Shown piece by piece: positions 28,985 to 39,975 of a stretch of DNA of 64,000 nt. The translations under genes were made by a program, and so were the position numbers. The DNA is from a virus. The notes under the pieces were generated by a model. It was not told where the DNA came from. It did no database searches and saw only the letters and a list, made by a program, of their open reading frames with translations. Location: the IMG/VR virus record IMGVR_UViG_3300024294_000597; one strand, written 5' to 3'. Position 1 is the stretch's first letter, and each line of letters starts with the position of its first letter.

Positions 28985-29097
28985 TTAAAAGAATAGTCGA
29001 TATTATTCTTTACCCTTGGACAGAGTTCAAAAGACGTAGAGAAATGAAAAAAAGATTAGAGGAATTAAAGAAGCGTGATCCATTCATTTATAAATAG
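28981..29097 (+). CDS. 38-aa basic peptide (not in ORF track)
   Basis: MIKRIVDIILYPWTEFKRRREMKKRLEELKKRDPFIYK; ATGA overlap. Confidence 0.65.
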   Translation: MIKRIVDIILYPWTEFKRRREMKKRLEELKKRDPFIYK

Positions 29098-30640
29098 GCG
29101 TGAGCCTGTTATAATGGGTATCAGTGGTGCGATTAACCACGATGCCGCTGTATCAATCGTCCATGATGGCGAGATTTTATTTGCCGGGCATGCCGAACGA
29201 TACTCTAAAAAGAAAAATGACTCTGATTTAAATGATGCATTATTAAATGATGCTATTAATTATGGCGGTAAGCCTGATATAATTGCTTGGTATGAGAAGC
29301 CAATGCTTAAAAAATTACGTCAATTACGTGCAGGTCAATGGCAATTAAGTTTAGATACCAGTGAATTACCGAGTCAATACTTAGAAAAATTCCCACAATT
29401 AAAACATATTCCAATTAAATATCAAAAGCATCATTATACCCATGCCGCAAGTGGTTATTTCACTTCGCCATATGATGAAGCTACGATAGTTGTTATCGAT
29501 TCAATAGGTGAATTCGAAACACTTACGTTCTGGAAGGGACGTGGAATGAGATTAGAGAAGGTATATTCTCAGAGTTATCCAAGTTCAATAGGTTTATTTT
29601 ATTCAGCAATGACACAACGTCTTGGATTAAAGCCTCAAGAAGATGAATATATTTTAATGGGTATGGCCGCTTATGGTGATCCACACAGATTATATGAAGG
29701 CAAAGAATTAATTCAACATATATATGATGAGTTTGGTATTCTACATGAGTCTGGGTTAGTTGGTTACGGTATGGAGTCGAGTACTCTAATAAGATTTACA
29801 GAGAATTTGCATCGTGGTTGTCGATGGTTCTTACCTGAATTAAAAGAGGAACAAGACTTATTCGACTTAGCCGCCGCAACGCAATATGTTTATGAAATGA
29901 TATTATCTGAAATATTAATTAAAGCAAAATTAAAATGTCATTCAGAGAATTTAGTTCTGATGGGCGGTTGTGCTTTGAATTGTAGTGCAAATAGTATAAT
30001 AAAAGATTATTTCAAATCAGTATGGATTATGCCTAATCCAGGTGATGCAGGTAGTTGTATCGGTGTCACTCAAAAATATTCACGTGAAAGAATTAAATGG
30101 AACAGCCCATATCTTGGACATGACATACCTGGAGAGTATCCTGTCGAAGATGTTTACAATGCATTAATCAAAGGTTCAATTTGTGGCATTGCATCGGGTC
30201 GTGCAGAGTTCGGTCCACGTGCATTAGGCAATAGAACATTAACAGCAGACCCACGTGGTGATGATATTAAAGATAGAATGAATGAGATTAAACGTAGACA
30301 GAAGTTTAGACCATTTGCTCCTATGATATTAGAAGAATATGTCGATGAATACTTTGACGGTCCTTCGGGTCCTTACATGCAATTTATTGCAAAGTGTAAG
30401 CATCCAAAAGACTTCCCAGCAATTATTCACAAAGACGGTACTTCACGTGTGCAAACAGTTAACAAAGAACAACATGCAGGCCTACATGAATTATTAACAC
30501 GATTTCATGATAAAACTGGTTGTCCTATGTTAGTTAATACATCACTCAATATCAAGGGTATGCCAATCGTCAATGATGTTAAAGATGCAACAGATTTTGC
30601 TAACTTTTATCAAACTTTGGTCTTTACAAGCAAGACGTAA
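29075..30640 (+). CDS. Carbamoyltransferase (NodU/CmcH family)
   Basis: HDAA, ERYSKKK, HHYTHAA, GGCALNC, EFGPRALGNR, FRPFAP, DGTSRVQTV, NTSLN. Confidence 0.95.
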   Translation: MIHSFINRREPVIMGISGAINHDAAVSIVHDGEILFAGHAERYSKKKNDSDLNDALLNDAINYGGKPDIIAWYEKPMLKKLRQLRAGQWQLSLDTSELPSQYLEKFPQLKHIPIKYQKHHYTHAASGYFTSPYDEATIVVIDSIGEFETLTFWKGRGMRLEKVYSQSYPSSIGLFYSAMTQRLGLKPQEDEYILMGMAAYGDPHRLYEGKELIQHIYDEFGILHESGLVGYGMESSTLIRFTENLHRGCRWFLPELKEEQDLFDLAAATQYVYEMILSEILIKAKLKCHSENLVLMGGCALNCSANSIIKDYFKSVWIMPNPGDAGSCIGVTQKYSRERIKWNSPYLGHDIPGEYPVEDVYNALIKGSICGIASGRAEFGPRALGNRTLTADPRGDDIKDRMNEIKRRQKFRPFAPMILEEYVDEYFDGPSGPYMQFIAKCKHPKDFPAIIHKDGTSRVQTVNKEQHAGLHELLTRFHDKTGCPMLVNTSLNIKGMPIVNDVKDATDFANFYQTLVFTSKT

Positions 30641-30651
30641 TCTGCTATAAT
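30623..30651 (+). promoter_or_regulatory. Sigma70-type promoter
   Basis: TTTACA-N17-TATAAT with TG extension, upstream of 30678. Confidence 0.6.
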
Positions 30652-30677
30652 AATAGTATGAACATGACAGGACAACA

Positions 30678-33600
30678 ATGGCTTACGATGGATTCTTTCT
30701 AACCTATAAGAACGATAGAGAAACCAATGAACGATATGATAAGATACAGAAAAAGTATCCTAACTTTCGTATGGTTAAAATCAATTTAGAAGATTGGAAT
30801 GACCCTAAGATAACGTCAGCAATCAAGAAAATTGGTAGTGTCGCTAACACTAAACACTTCTGGGTTATTGATCCAGATGTTGAGGTTGATTTATCTTTTG
30901 ATTATGATTTTCAGACTAATGAATGGGATGAAGATATCATTCACGTATGGAATGCAGAAGAAAGAAATGTATGGCGTTCAGTTGTTGGTGTCAAATTATT
31001 TAAGACAAGCGAAGTTCTTAAGCAGTCCGAAGCATATATCAAAGATGCTTATTATTTGACTGGCGAGTTCAAATCGCATGACTCAAATAATGTTGTGTAT
31101 AAGCCTACTACAGAAACATATGACATATTTTATTGGGAGAAAGACTTTGGAGTCGATAACCTCAATAAATTACGTGAACGTTTTCCTGAAATTAAGACAG
31201 TAACTGGCGAAACTAATATCGATGTGCATAGCAAGTGCAGAGAATTAGCCCGCACAGATTTTTATTATTTAATTCATCCAAACACAGAAGTATTTGATAC
31301 ATTTAAATTCGATTATTCTTTTGCATTTGGACTTGATAAAGAAAAACAAAAGGTTGTTGTCTGGCAAAAGCAAAATCCAATGACTAATTTGACACGTGAA
31401 TATCATGGACTAGGATTATTCCCTAAAGAAGGACCTATGTTCAAGGAACGTGAGTATGAAATATTTAATTTCAGAAAGAAAGCAGTCTATGAGAAAGATG
31501 CTATATGCAAAGACTTAGAGTTTCCGATTATCAGAACACGTGACATGCATGATTTGAGTCACAAAGTTGATACGGATATGTACTGGCTAATTCATGAGGA
31601 TGTCGAAGAATTTACTACTGAATATTATCCATTTAGTTATGATAGAGAATTCATTCATAACTTTAGAGTCATGTCTGGTAATAATGAAGTGCGTAATGGC
31701 ATCCGTCTCGTCCCTAATAAACCCGATGAGGACAAACAAAAAGATATGCCAGATTGTATAGGTACAATCAAGCAAGTACCTATTATATCAGCAAGTACAT
31801 TACAGGGAGGAATAGATTCAGTTGAAACTTTTCCTGCTCTTATTGTTGATCCAGCAGTTGAGTTAGATAGCAATTATTCATTCTATCCTGACTTGTATGA
31901 TTTGGCAACTGCTCATGCATTAGGTAAAGGTGTAGTATTCGTTGCAGGTGATTATGATGAATACAATATGCAGTTTTATGAAGATGCGGCAGAGATATCA
32001 CATGTTCCTGACTATGATATATATTTCTGGGATCGTGGGTTTGGTAATAATAACTTTACTGAATTACAGCAACGTTTCCCACGTATTCAATCAATGAATA
32101 CAGAAACATTAACAGAGTTGCATGAACATGCACAGAAGAATTCTACATATAACTATTACTACGTTATCACAAGTGATACGACCGTAACCGATTTTAACTT
32201 TGATTATGAGTTTGATTTTTCTTTAACAGAGGCAAGCCGTCAGCAAATTGTTGTATGGCAGAAAACAGACTATAAGAATAATGTACTTGAATATCAAGGC
32301 GTAGGCTTATTCAGAAAAGATTTTAATCTATTCACTGAAAATAAGTATCAGCGTTTTGATTTTAGACGCAAAGCATTATATATTCCTTCAGAAGTTATTA
32401 AGCCGGTTGAATATGATTTAGTTCGCACAGATAATCTAATGGATTTATCGCAAATTAAATCATGTGATACTGAAATGGTTTGGTTAGTAAGTAATGATGT
32501 TGATGATTTTGTCACTGATTATTATCCTATGAGTTATGACAAAGATAATATTCATAACTTTAAAGTCACTATCGGTACTACAGAAGTTCGTAATGGAATT
32601 AGATTAGTTCCAAGAAATTACGATGAAGAAAAGCAGAAAGATGTTGACAAAGTACTTGGTACTTTGAAACGTATTCCTGTAATTCATTCAAGCACATTAA
32701 AAGGTGGGCTCTCACGTATTGAAACATATCCTACTATTATAGTGGATCCAGCAATAGAATCTAAATTTAATTTAGAACATACATTTGGTTGGTATCCTGA
32801 TTTATATGACATGGTATCTGCCCATGTCCTAAGTAAGGGGTTAATTTATATTGCATCCGAATACGATGAATATAATATTAAAGAGCATGAATTAGACATG
32901 ACATATATTCCAGACTATGATATATTTTTCTGGGATAAAGGTTGGGGTGAAAGCAATTTCAAAGAATTGCAAGATAAATTTGAACACAGAATTAAAAAAC
33001 TATCTGGCAATGCCTTAGAAGTTCACGAACAAGCAAGAGAACAAAGTAAATATAATTATTATTATATTATTACACCAGATACTGCAATATGGGATTTTAA
33101 ATTCGATTATGAGTTTGAATTTTCTATGACAGAAGAAGCTAGACAGCAAATAGTTGTTTGGCAACGAACAAATAAAGATGGCACACCTAGAGAATACTAT
33201 GGGTTAGGATTATTCAGAAAAGATATTAATTTATTCACAGAAAGTCAATATGAAAAGTTTAACTTTAAACGTAAAGCTATCTATGAAACTGATGAACAAG
33301 TTCGTGATGTAGAATTTCCTATTATTAAAACGACTAATCTATTAGATTTAAATTACGAAGTCGATACAGCAATGTACTGGTTAGTACACGAAGATGTAAA
33401 AGATTTTGACTGTAGTTATTATCCTATGTTATATGATAGTGACGCAATTCATAACTTTAAAGTTAATACATCAACTGGTATGCCTGTGCGTAACGGTATA
33501 AGACTTGTACCTCGTAATCCTAACGAAGAAAAACAAAAAGATGTAGATTTAATCGTAGGTACATTAAAAGAAATAGAAATAGTAGAAGCAAGAACACTAG

Positions 33601-35246
33601 AAGAAGCAGTGGAACTTGCAAATAATTATACTTTCTGGATGGTCAATCCTGACTTAAAACTTATTAATCCAATGATAGATGATTATTATCCTGACTTATA
33701 TAATTTAGGTCCAAGTCATATTTGGAAACAACGTTCAAGAAAAGGCAAAGATTTAGGTCATGGCGGACTAGCATTTAGTAATAAAGATTATCATTCAGAA
33801 AATGTTAATCTACATGATGAGTATGGTATGAGAGTGCCGGACAAACATAATATTAAAAAGTATTTCACACGTGATCCTTTCAAAGCGTATAAGCAATCAA
33901 AAGGTAGGGTGTTTTATTGGGTAATAGATACCGCGGTAGAGTTATTAGATACATTTGAATTTGATTACTATCCTGATATCTTTTCTATTGAAAATGTGTT
34001 TGCATTTAAAAGCGAAGAAGGAAAAGAAGCTGGAGTATATCTAGTTCATAGACCTCATCTTGAAAAATTTAATCCAAGTGAAGAAGACTTCTCATTCGAT
34101 AGATTTAAAAATATTATCCGAGTTGATGAGATAGCAAGTAGAGTTGTAGGACATCCTGCATTCTATTTTGATGAAGGTATGTACAAAGAACATGCCAAGT
34201 ATTTTAATGAACATACGAATATCGATGTAATTGATGCAAGTAAAGGACTTGATAAAGCATATATGAAAGCCGCAGGTATGACCAAATCGGGTTACTTCTG
34301 GGCTATCAATAATGATGTAGAATTAACAGAAGATTTCAGTAGAACATATTATGTAGACAGGCATCACAAGTCACACTTTCATGTATGGCCAAAAGAAAAT
34401 CCCTACACTGGTTACGTTCATCAATATGGTGGACTAAGCCTTATACCCACTGCCGCTCTAAAAGAGTTGAAGCCCGATGATGACAAACTTAGAAAAATGA
34501 ATTTCAAGAATAAGAAACCAGTTAAGTCTAAGAAAGCGTCTTCAAAAGATATTGCCTTTGATGTAGTGTTTCTTTCCTATCGTGAAAAAGAAGCAGAAGA
34601 AAATTATGCTAAATTACTTTCACGTGTACCAAATGCAAAACGAGTTCACGGAGTTAAAGGTATCTTTAATGCTCATAAACGTGCGGCTGAAATTGCAGAT
34701 ACTAAAATGTTTTATGTACTGGATGCTGATGCGATAATTACAGATGAATTCGAATTCGAATATTTCCCGACAGTATGGGACGAAGATGCAGTTCATGTTT
34801 GGAAGTCTAAAAATCCTATTAATGGATTGATATATGGTTTCGGTGGACTAAAACTATTCCCAACACAATTAGTGCGTGATGCAAAAGATTGGAACATTGA
34901 CTTTACAACGTCAATTTCAGATAAATTTAAACCAATGCCAGTTGTTGCAAACTACACAGCATTTAATACCAATCCATATGACACATGGAAGTCTGCATTC
35001 AGAGAATGTACTAAATTAAGTTCAAGCATTATTCACAATCGTAAAGAGGGTGATGATAATGAAAGACTTAATATTTGGTGTACGGTTGCTGATGAGAATG
35101 TTCCCTATGGTAAGTATTCAATAGCAGGTGCAAACGCAGGCAGAAAGTTTGGAAGTGAAAATGCGGGCAACCCAGAAAAATTAGGACTAATCAATGACTA
35201 TGATTGGTTGACTAAACAATTTAAACAGGACTTTAACGATGAGTAA
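30678..35246 (+). CDS. 1522-aa protein of tandem glycosyltransferase(GT-A)-like modules
   Basis: Three ~300-aa repeats (YDIF/YFW at aa 148, 446, 747); C-terminal module with FYVLDADA (DxD). Confidence 0.7.
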   Translation: MAYDGFFLTYKNDRETNERYDKIQKKYPNFRMVKINLEDWNDPKITSAIKKIGSVANTKHFWVIDPDVEVDLSFDYDFQTNEWDEDIIHVWNAEERNVWRSVVGVKLFKTSEVLKQSEAYIKDAYYLTGEFKSHDSNNVVYKPTTETYDIFYWEKDFGVDNLNKLRERFPEIKTVTGETNIDVHSKCRELARTDFYYLIHPNTEVFDTFKFDYSFAFGLDKEKQKVVVWQKQNPMTNLTREYHGLGLFPKEGPMFKEREYEIFNFRKKAVYEKDAICKDLEFPIIRTRDMHDLSHKVDTDMYWLIHEDVEEFTTEYYPFSYDREFIHNFRVMSGNNEVRNGIRLVPNKPDEDKQKDMPDCIGTIKQVPIISASTLQGGIDSVETFPALIVDPAVELDSNYSFYPDLYDLATAHALGKGVVFVAGDYDEYNMQFYEDAAEISHVPDYDIYFWDRGFGNNNFTELQQRFPRIQSMNTETLTELHEHAQKNSTYNYYYVITSDTTVTDFNFDYEFDFSLTEASRQQIVVWQKTDYKNNVLEYQGVGLFRKDFNLFTENKYQRFDFRRKALYIPSEVIKPVEYDLVRTDNLMDLSQIKSCDTEMVWLVSNDVDDFVTDYYPMSYDKDNIHNFKVTIGTTEVRNGIRLVPRNYDEEKQKDVDKVLGTLKRIPVIHSSTLKGGLSRIETYPTIIVDPAIESKFNLEHTFGWYPDLYDMVSAHVLSKGLIYIASEYDEYNIKEHELDMTYIPDYDIFFWDKGWGESNFKELQDKFEHRIKKLSGNALEVHEQAREQSKYNYYYIITPDTAIWDFKFDYEFEFSMTEEARQQIVVWQRTNKDGTPREYYGLGLFRKDINLFTESQYEKFNFKRKAIYETDEQVRDVEFPIIKTTNLLDLNYEVDTAMYWLVHEDVKDFDCSYYPMLYDSDAIHNFKVNTSTGMPVRNGIRLVPRNPNEEKQKDVDLIVGTLKEIEIVEARTLEEAVELANNYTFWMVNPDLKLINPMIDDYYPDLYNLGPSHIWKQRSRKGKDLGHGGLAFSNKDYHSENVNLHDEYGMRVPDKHNIKKYFTRDPFKAYKQSKGRVFYWVIDTAVELLDTFEFDYYPDIFSIENVFAFKSEEGKEAGVYLVHRPHLEKFNPSEEDFSFDRFKNIIRVDEIASRVVGHPAFYFDEGMYKEHAKYFNEHTNIDVIDASKGLDKAYMKAAGMTKSGYFWAINNDVELTEDFSRTYYVDRHHKSHFHVWPKENPYTGYVHQYGGLSLIPTAALKELKPDDDKLRKMNFKNKKPVKSKKASSKDIAFDVVFLSYREKEAEENYAKLLSRVPNAKRVHGVKGIFNAHKRAAEIADTKMFYVLDADAIITDEFEFEYFPTVWDEDAVHVWKSKNPINGLIYGFGGLKLFPTQLVRDAKDWNIDFTTSISDKFKPMPVVANYTAFNTNPYDTWKSAFRECTKLSSSIIHNRKEGDDNERLNIWCTVADENVPYGKYSIAGANAGRKFGSENAGNPEKLGLINDYDWLTKQFKQDFNDE

Positions 35247-36183
35247 AATACAAGAAAGACGGAAGGCCAGATTTGATAAAAGTAAAATAACAAAGTCAGA
35301 CGACCTTTATGATAGCAAAGACCCATCAGTGGATATTAGTTCAGAAGTAGTACAAGATATACCTGAAAGCGAAGCTATTAAAATAACATCTACACCTGGA
35401 AAACGTAGAAAGATTAAACGAGATATACTTGCAAAAGATTATGATTATCAAACTATGGCAGTCGATTATTCAAAAGAAAACGTCAGCCAGCAATTATATA
35501 ATTATAGATGTGCAATGGAGTTTTTAGCACATGTCAAGTTAACGGATAATGATGCAATCGTAGATAGATTTAAAGATATGATTTATAGTTATCCGAATGT
35601 AGATATCAGTTCGTTTGCTAATAAAGAAAATGCACAGTTGTATAGTTGGATTATACAGCAAATGATTTATGTATATGGTCAGAAATACATTGGCGTAGTA
35701 TATCTACTAGGTGGTGGTATAGGCCTATTGGCTTCTATGCTATTAGATACGAAGATGCGTTTTGAAAATATTCGTTCATTTGATATCAATGGTACTGGCC
35801 AATTCTTGGCAGATGAATTACATAAGAAAGAATTACTACAAGACTGGAGGTTCAAAGCAAACACTCAGGATTTATTTGATATTAATTACATTGAAAATGA
35901 ATTTCAAACACGTTTGCAGAGTGGAAAACTTTCAGCACCTTACAAAGAGATACCAGGTACTATTATTAATTGTAGTGTTAGTCATTTAACTAATTTCCAG
36001 GATTGGTATGAAATGATTCCAGATACAAAAAGAGTAATAGTAGTTGGTGAAACTGGTGATGTGCCAAGGCCGTTTCCAAGTTCACAAAATTTCAACTTAA
36101 GATTTCCGATGTCATTTGAACAATACAGCGGAGTGATTACAGTTGGAGATAAACAATTCTTTATGAAAATGGGGCTTAAGTAA
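35239..36183 (+). CDS. Class I SAM methyltransferase-like protein, diverged paralog of next gene
   Basis: LLGGGIG, IRSFDIN, IINCSVSH. Confidence 0.6.
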   Translation: MSKIQERRKARFDKSKITKSDDLYDSKDPSVDISSEVVQDIPESEAIKITSTPGKRRKIKRDILAKDYDYQTMAVDYSKENVSQQLYNYRCAMEFLAHVKLTDNDAIVDRFKDMIYSYPNVDISSFANKENAQLYSWIIQQMIYVYGQKYIGVVYLLGGGIGLLASMLLDTKMRFENIRSFDINGTGQFLADELHKKELLQDWRFKANTQDLFDINYIENEFQTRLQSGKLSAPYKEIPGTIINCSVSHLTNFQDWYEMIPDTKRVIVVGETGDVPRPFPSSQNFNLRFPMSFEQYSGVITVGDKQFFMKMGLK

Positions 36184-37595
36184 TGAAGCCATATGAAATT
36201 GCAGATAGACTAAATCTACTTTATGGGAATAGTAGACCGATGCTATCTGAGTTAGAAAGAATTGTCAATACTGAGGAACTCAGTAGCGTGTTTACTTTAT
36301 CTTCTTACTTCTTAGGTAAGAAACATAGAGCAAACATGAATGCTCTAATGAATCTTGTTTATGAGAGACAAGTTTGTGATAACACATTCGTCCTGTTCAA
36401 AGTGTTAGACAAAATATCTCAAGACAAAGATTCATTGGATGCATTACGTAACTTCATGGCATGTGAAACTATTGATAGAAAATCAATGTATCTTGTTTTC
36501 AGAGTTTTAAATGGGATGTACCCAAATGAAACAGATGCCTTGGACGATTTAAAAAATATCGTTTGTGCCGAAGATGGCGAGTTTGATAGAGATTTAATAT
36601 TCTTATTGTTTAATATATTAGAGAAATTAATCGATGATGAGGAAGGGTTAGGTGCATTAAAAAATGTATGTGGTAATCATAACTTTATTAAATCACAAAC
36701 TGAATTATTATTCAGAGTAATAATGAATATTGAATATCCTGATGATGAAATATTTAGTGCATTAAAAAATATTATTGCAGTTGATACAGACCCAGACTTA
36801 TTTTTATTGTTCAAAGTTATTCAAGGGTTCGATGAATCAAATGAAGAAATTGCACAAGTTAAAAGTGCAACAATATTTAAGACAAAGATATTTGAATTAG
36901 CACATACCATCACTGAGGGAAAGTATACTATTCCTATGAACATGAAAAAGATGATTAATCGTTTTGAAGGCGATGCATTAACTGATGCATTCAGTAGAGG
37001 GCAATTACAATCTAAATTATGGTTAACAGATATAGTAAATAATTATGAAATTGATTTGGGTAAAACAATATATACATGTGCAGGATGGTATGGTGTTCTA
37101 CCAGCGTTGCTATTTGAACGTTGCAAGATTGAAGGAAATATATACAGTTTTGATATAGATCCAAGTACGGACAATCCAGCAGACACACTTAATAAAGAAT
37201 ATATCATTGACCAAATGAAATTCAAAGCATTTGTTAAAGATGTCGCAGACTTAAAATTCTCAGAAGAAACACTACCGATAAAACATTATAAATACAGTGA
37301 TGCAGTAAAGTTCGAAGTTATGGATACGACACATACAATTGGACAACCAACATGTGTTATCAATACTAGTTGTGAGCATATTGCAGAATTTGATAAATGG
37401 TGGAATGCTATTCCAAAAGGAACGCTAGTGATATTACAAAATAATGATTTTATTGAACATGATGACGAAACTGTTGTTAATACTAAAACAGATGTTGATA
37501 GTTGGGCTAAAGAACTAAACATGTCAAAAGAATTATTCAGAGGAACATTAGCATTAGAGTATTATAACCGTTATATGATTATCGGAGAGAAATAA
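36183..37595 (+). CDS. Helical-repeat N-terminus plus class I SAM methyltransferase-like domain
   Basis: Repeats LF(K/R)V...ALKN; DAFSRGQLQSKLWL, CAGWYG, SFDID, INTSCEH. Confidence 0.65.
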   Translation: MKPYEIADRLNLLYGNSRPMLSELERIVNTEELSSVFTLSSYFLGKKHRANMNALMNLVYERQVCDNTFVLFKVLDKISQDKDSLDALRNFMACETIDRKSMYLVFRVLNGMYPNETDALDDLKNIVCAEDGEFDRDLIFLLFNILEKLIDDEEGLGALKNVCGNHNFIKSQTELLFRVIMNIEYPDDEIFSALKNIIAVDTDPDLFLLFKVIQGFDESNEEIAQVKSATIFKTKIFELAHTITEGKYTIPMNMKKMINRFEGDALTDAFSRGQLQSKLWLTDIVNNYEIDLGKTIYTCAGWYGVLPALLFERCKIEGNIYSFDIDPSTDNPADTLNKEYIIDQMKFKAFVKDVADLKFSEETLPIKHYKYSDAVKFEVMDTTHTIGQPTCVINTSCEHIAEFDKWWNAIPKGTLVILQNNDFIEHDDETVVNTKTDVDSWAKELNMSKELFRGTLALEYYNRYMIIGEK

Positions 37596-38903
37596 GTGAA
37601 AAATGCTCGGGTCAGAGACTACATAAACAAAGAAAAGGTAGAAGCAAGGCAAGCCTTGAAGAAATTGCTAATGGAACACCAAGATGGCAAGAGCGACACT
37701 AGTAATTTTTGTGCGGCTCCATTTGCTCATATGTATGTTCACAGTAATGAAGGCCAACGAGTTTGTTGTATGTCTGGTGAAAATAGTTTAGTAACAGATG
37801 ACTTAGATTTAGATTTAGAAAAACGTTGGGGCAATGATTACTACCAAGAGTTTAGAAAACGATTTCTACGTAATGAGAGACCTAGTACTTGTGCGAAGTG
37901 TTATGACATAGAAGATGCAGGTGGCAGAAGCGATAGAATGAATTTCAATGCTATGTATAATCCAAAGATTCAACCAAATGTTGAAACAGGAAATCAATAC
38001 AATGCTCCTTTGGATTTAGATATTAGACCAGGCAATTTATGTAATCTAAAATGTCGTATGTGTGGACCTATATCAAGTTCACAGATGGAGAAAGAAATAA
38101 AAGATAATAGAGTAATACTGAAACCAATGTTAGGTGATGGTATTATAAGAAAATCAAATGTGTTAGAGAATGAATACAATATTGAGTTCTTGTTACAAGC
38201 GGCTGATAAAGGAGAGAGAATTAAGTTCCTAGGTGGTGAGCCAACAATTATGCCAGAAGTAGATAAATTTTTAGATATTCTTATTGATAAAGAATACTTT
38301 GATGTTCCAATACATTTTACAACAAACTGTACGAATAATAATAAAAGGTTCTTAGATAAATTATCTAAGTTCTCAAGGATATCATTTAATTATAGTATCG
38401 ACGGTATAGGCAAAGTAGTAGAATATATTAGAACACCAGTGAAGTTCTCAACAATAAATAAAACTATAAAGATATATCACAATATTGCACGTGGAGATAA
38501 ATTAAAATCACGTAAAAACGTATCAGAAATAAGTTTTACGTTGCAAGCCTACAATCTATTTAATTTATATGATACAGTCGTGTGGGCAAAAGAATTAGGG
38601 GTCACAGTTAGACCAGAAGTTTTAAGAGTTCCTGAATGGGATTCGATACGAAGCATTCCTCTTAGTATAAGAATACCATACTTAGAAGAATTGATTGAGA
38701 GATTTAATAAATGGGATGACGTATATGCTGAACGAGTTATGCCTGCATTGATTTATGCCCAGTCAGACGATAAAGAATATTCTCCATTGCATCTTGCAAG
38801 AGCAACTAAAAGATTTGATAAAGTTAGAGAACAGCATATCAAAGATTTTGTACCAGAAGTTTGGGAAGTTATTAAAAAGGATTATAATGATTTACAGTTA
38901 TGA
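37596..38903 (+). CDS. Radical SAM protein (type A)
   Basis: FCAAPF..CC..CAKC; IRPGNLCNLKCRMC; GGEP. Confidence 0.9.
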   Translation: MKNARVRDYINKEKVEARQALKKLLMEHQDGKSDTSNFCAAPFAHMYVHSNEGQRVCCMSGENSLVTDDLDLDLEKRWGNDYYQEFRKRFLRNERPSTCAKCYDIEDAGGRSDRMNFNAMYNPKIQPNVETGNQYNAPLDLDIRPGNLCNLKCRMCGPISSSQMEKEIKDNRVILKPMLGDGIIRKSNVLENEYNIEFLLQAADKGERIKFLGGEPTIMPEVDKFLDILIDKEYFDVPIHFTTNCTNNNKRFLDKLSKFSRISFNYSIDGIGKVVEYIRTPVKFSTINKTIKIYHNIARGDKLKSRKNVSEISFTLQAYNLFNLYDTVVWAKELGVTVRPEVLRVPEWDSIRSIPLSIRIPYLEELIERFNKWDDVYAERVMPALIYAQSDDKEYSPLHLARATKRFDKVREQHIKDFVPEVWEVIKKDYNDLQL

Positions 38904-39975
38904 TGATGTAAGAGTAATACACTTGGAAATTACTGAGAAGTGCCAAGCGGCATGTCCTATGTGTGATAGAAATATACACGGTGGGGCTGATAATCCTAAC
39001 CTTGGACTACATGAATTAACATTAAAAGATATCAGAAAGATGATGCCTCCAGAGTTTGTGAAGCAGTTAGATAGAATTTATATGTGTGGCAACTTTGGAG
39101 ATCCAATTGTTGCAAAAGAAACACTGGAAGTATTTCAATACTTTCGTTCATGCAAGAAAGAACTTACTCTTGGTATGAATACAAATGCCGGAGCGAAGAA
39201 GCCAGAGTGGTGGAGAGAGTTAGCCAAGACATTGGGTAACTGGAGTTATGTTAAGTTTTCATTTGATGGATTGGGTGACACTAATCATTTATATAGACAG
39301 AATGTTAATTGGGATATAGCGTGGGAAAATGCAGTAGCATTTATCGAAGCAGGTGGCAAAGCACATTGGGATTATTTAATCTTTGAACACAACGAACATC
39401 AGGTAGAAGAGGCAAGAGCATTAGCAGAGAAGACAGGGTTTAAGAAGTTTATTCCTAAAAAGACCGGACGTTTCTTTTCAACGATGAAACAAGTTGGCAA
39501 AGATGAACACCAAGCTATGAATAGAAAAGGCGGAACAACGCAGTTACTACAGAAACCTAAGGAAGTTAAGTATCAAAATAAAGCACTAGAAAAGATTGAA
39601 GTGCTTAAAAAAGAACATGGGTCATTAGAAAACTATTTCGATAATGTAGAAATAAGTTGCAAAGTAGCCGCAGAGAAAAGCATATATGTTAGTGCAGAGG
39701 GTTTAATTTTGCCCTGTTGTTGGGTAGCAGGCAGTATGTATAAATGGTGGCAGAAGCCTGGCGAGAACCAAGTATGGGAATTGATACAACAATCAGGCGG
39801 CAAAGATGAGTTCAATGCAAAGGAACATGGAGTCAAACAGGTATTGGGCAATGAATACTTTTCTAAAAGACTTGTTGATAGTTGGGGTAAACCAAATACA
39901 CATGCAGGTAAACCAATGGTATGTTCACAAAAATGTGGAAAACAGTTTGATGCATTTGCGGAGCAGTTTAAATAA
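38887..39975 (+). CDS. Radical SAM protein (type B)
   Basis: HLEITEKCQAACPMC, CGNFGDP, PCC; start moved to ATG 38887. Confidence 0.9.
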   Translation: MIYSYDDVRVIHLEITEKCQAACPMCDRNIHGGADNPNLGLHELTLKDIRKMMPPEFVKQLDRIYMCGNFGDPIVAKETLEVFQYFRSCKKELTLGMNTNAGAKKPEWWRELAKTLGNWSYVKFSFDGLGDTNHLYRQNVNWDIAWENAVAFIEAGGKAHWDYLIFEHNEHQVEEARALAEKTGFKKFIPKKTGRFFSTMKQVGKDEHQAMNRKGGTTQLLQKPKEVKYQNKALEKIEVLKKEHGSLENYFDNVEISCKVAAEKSIYVSAEGLILPCCWVAGSMYKWWQKPGENQVWELIQQSGGKDEFNAKEHGVKQVLGNEYFSKRLVDSWGKPNTHAGKPMVCSQKCGKQFDAFAEQFK

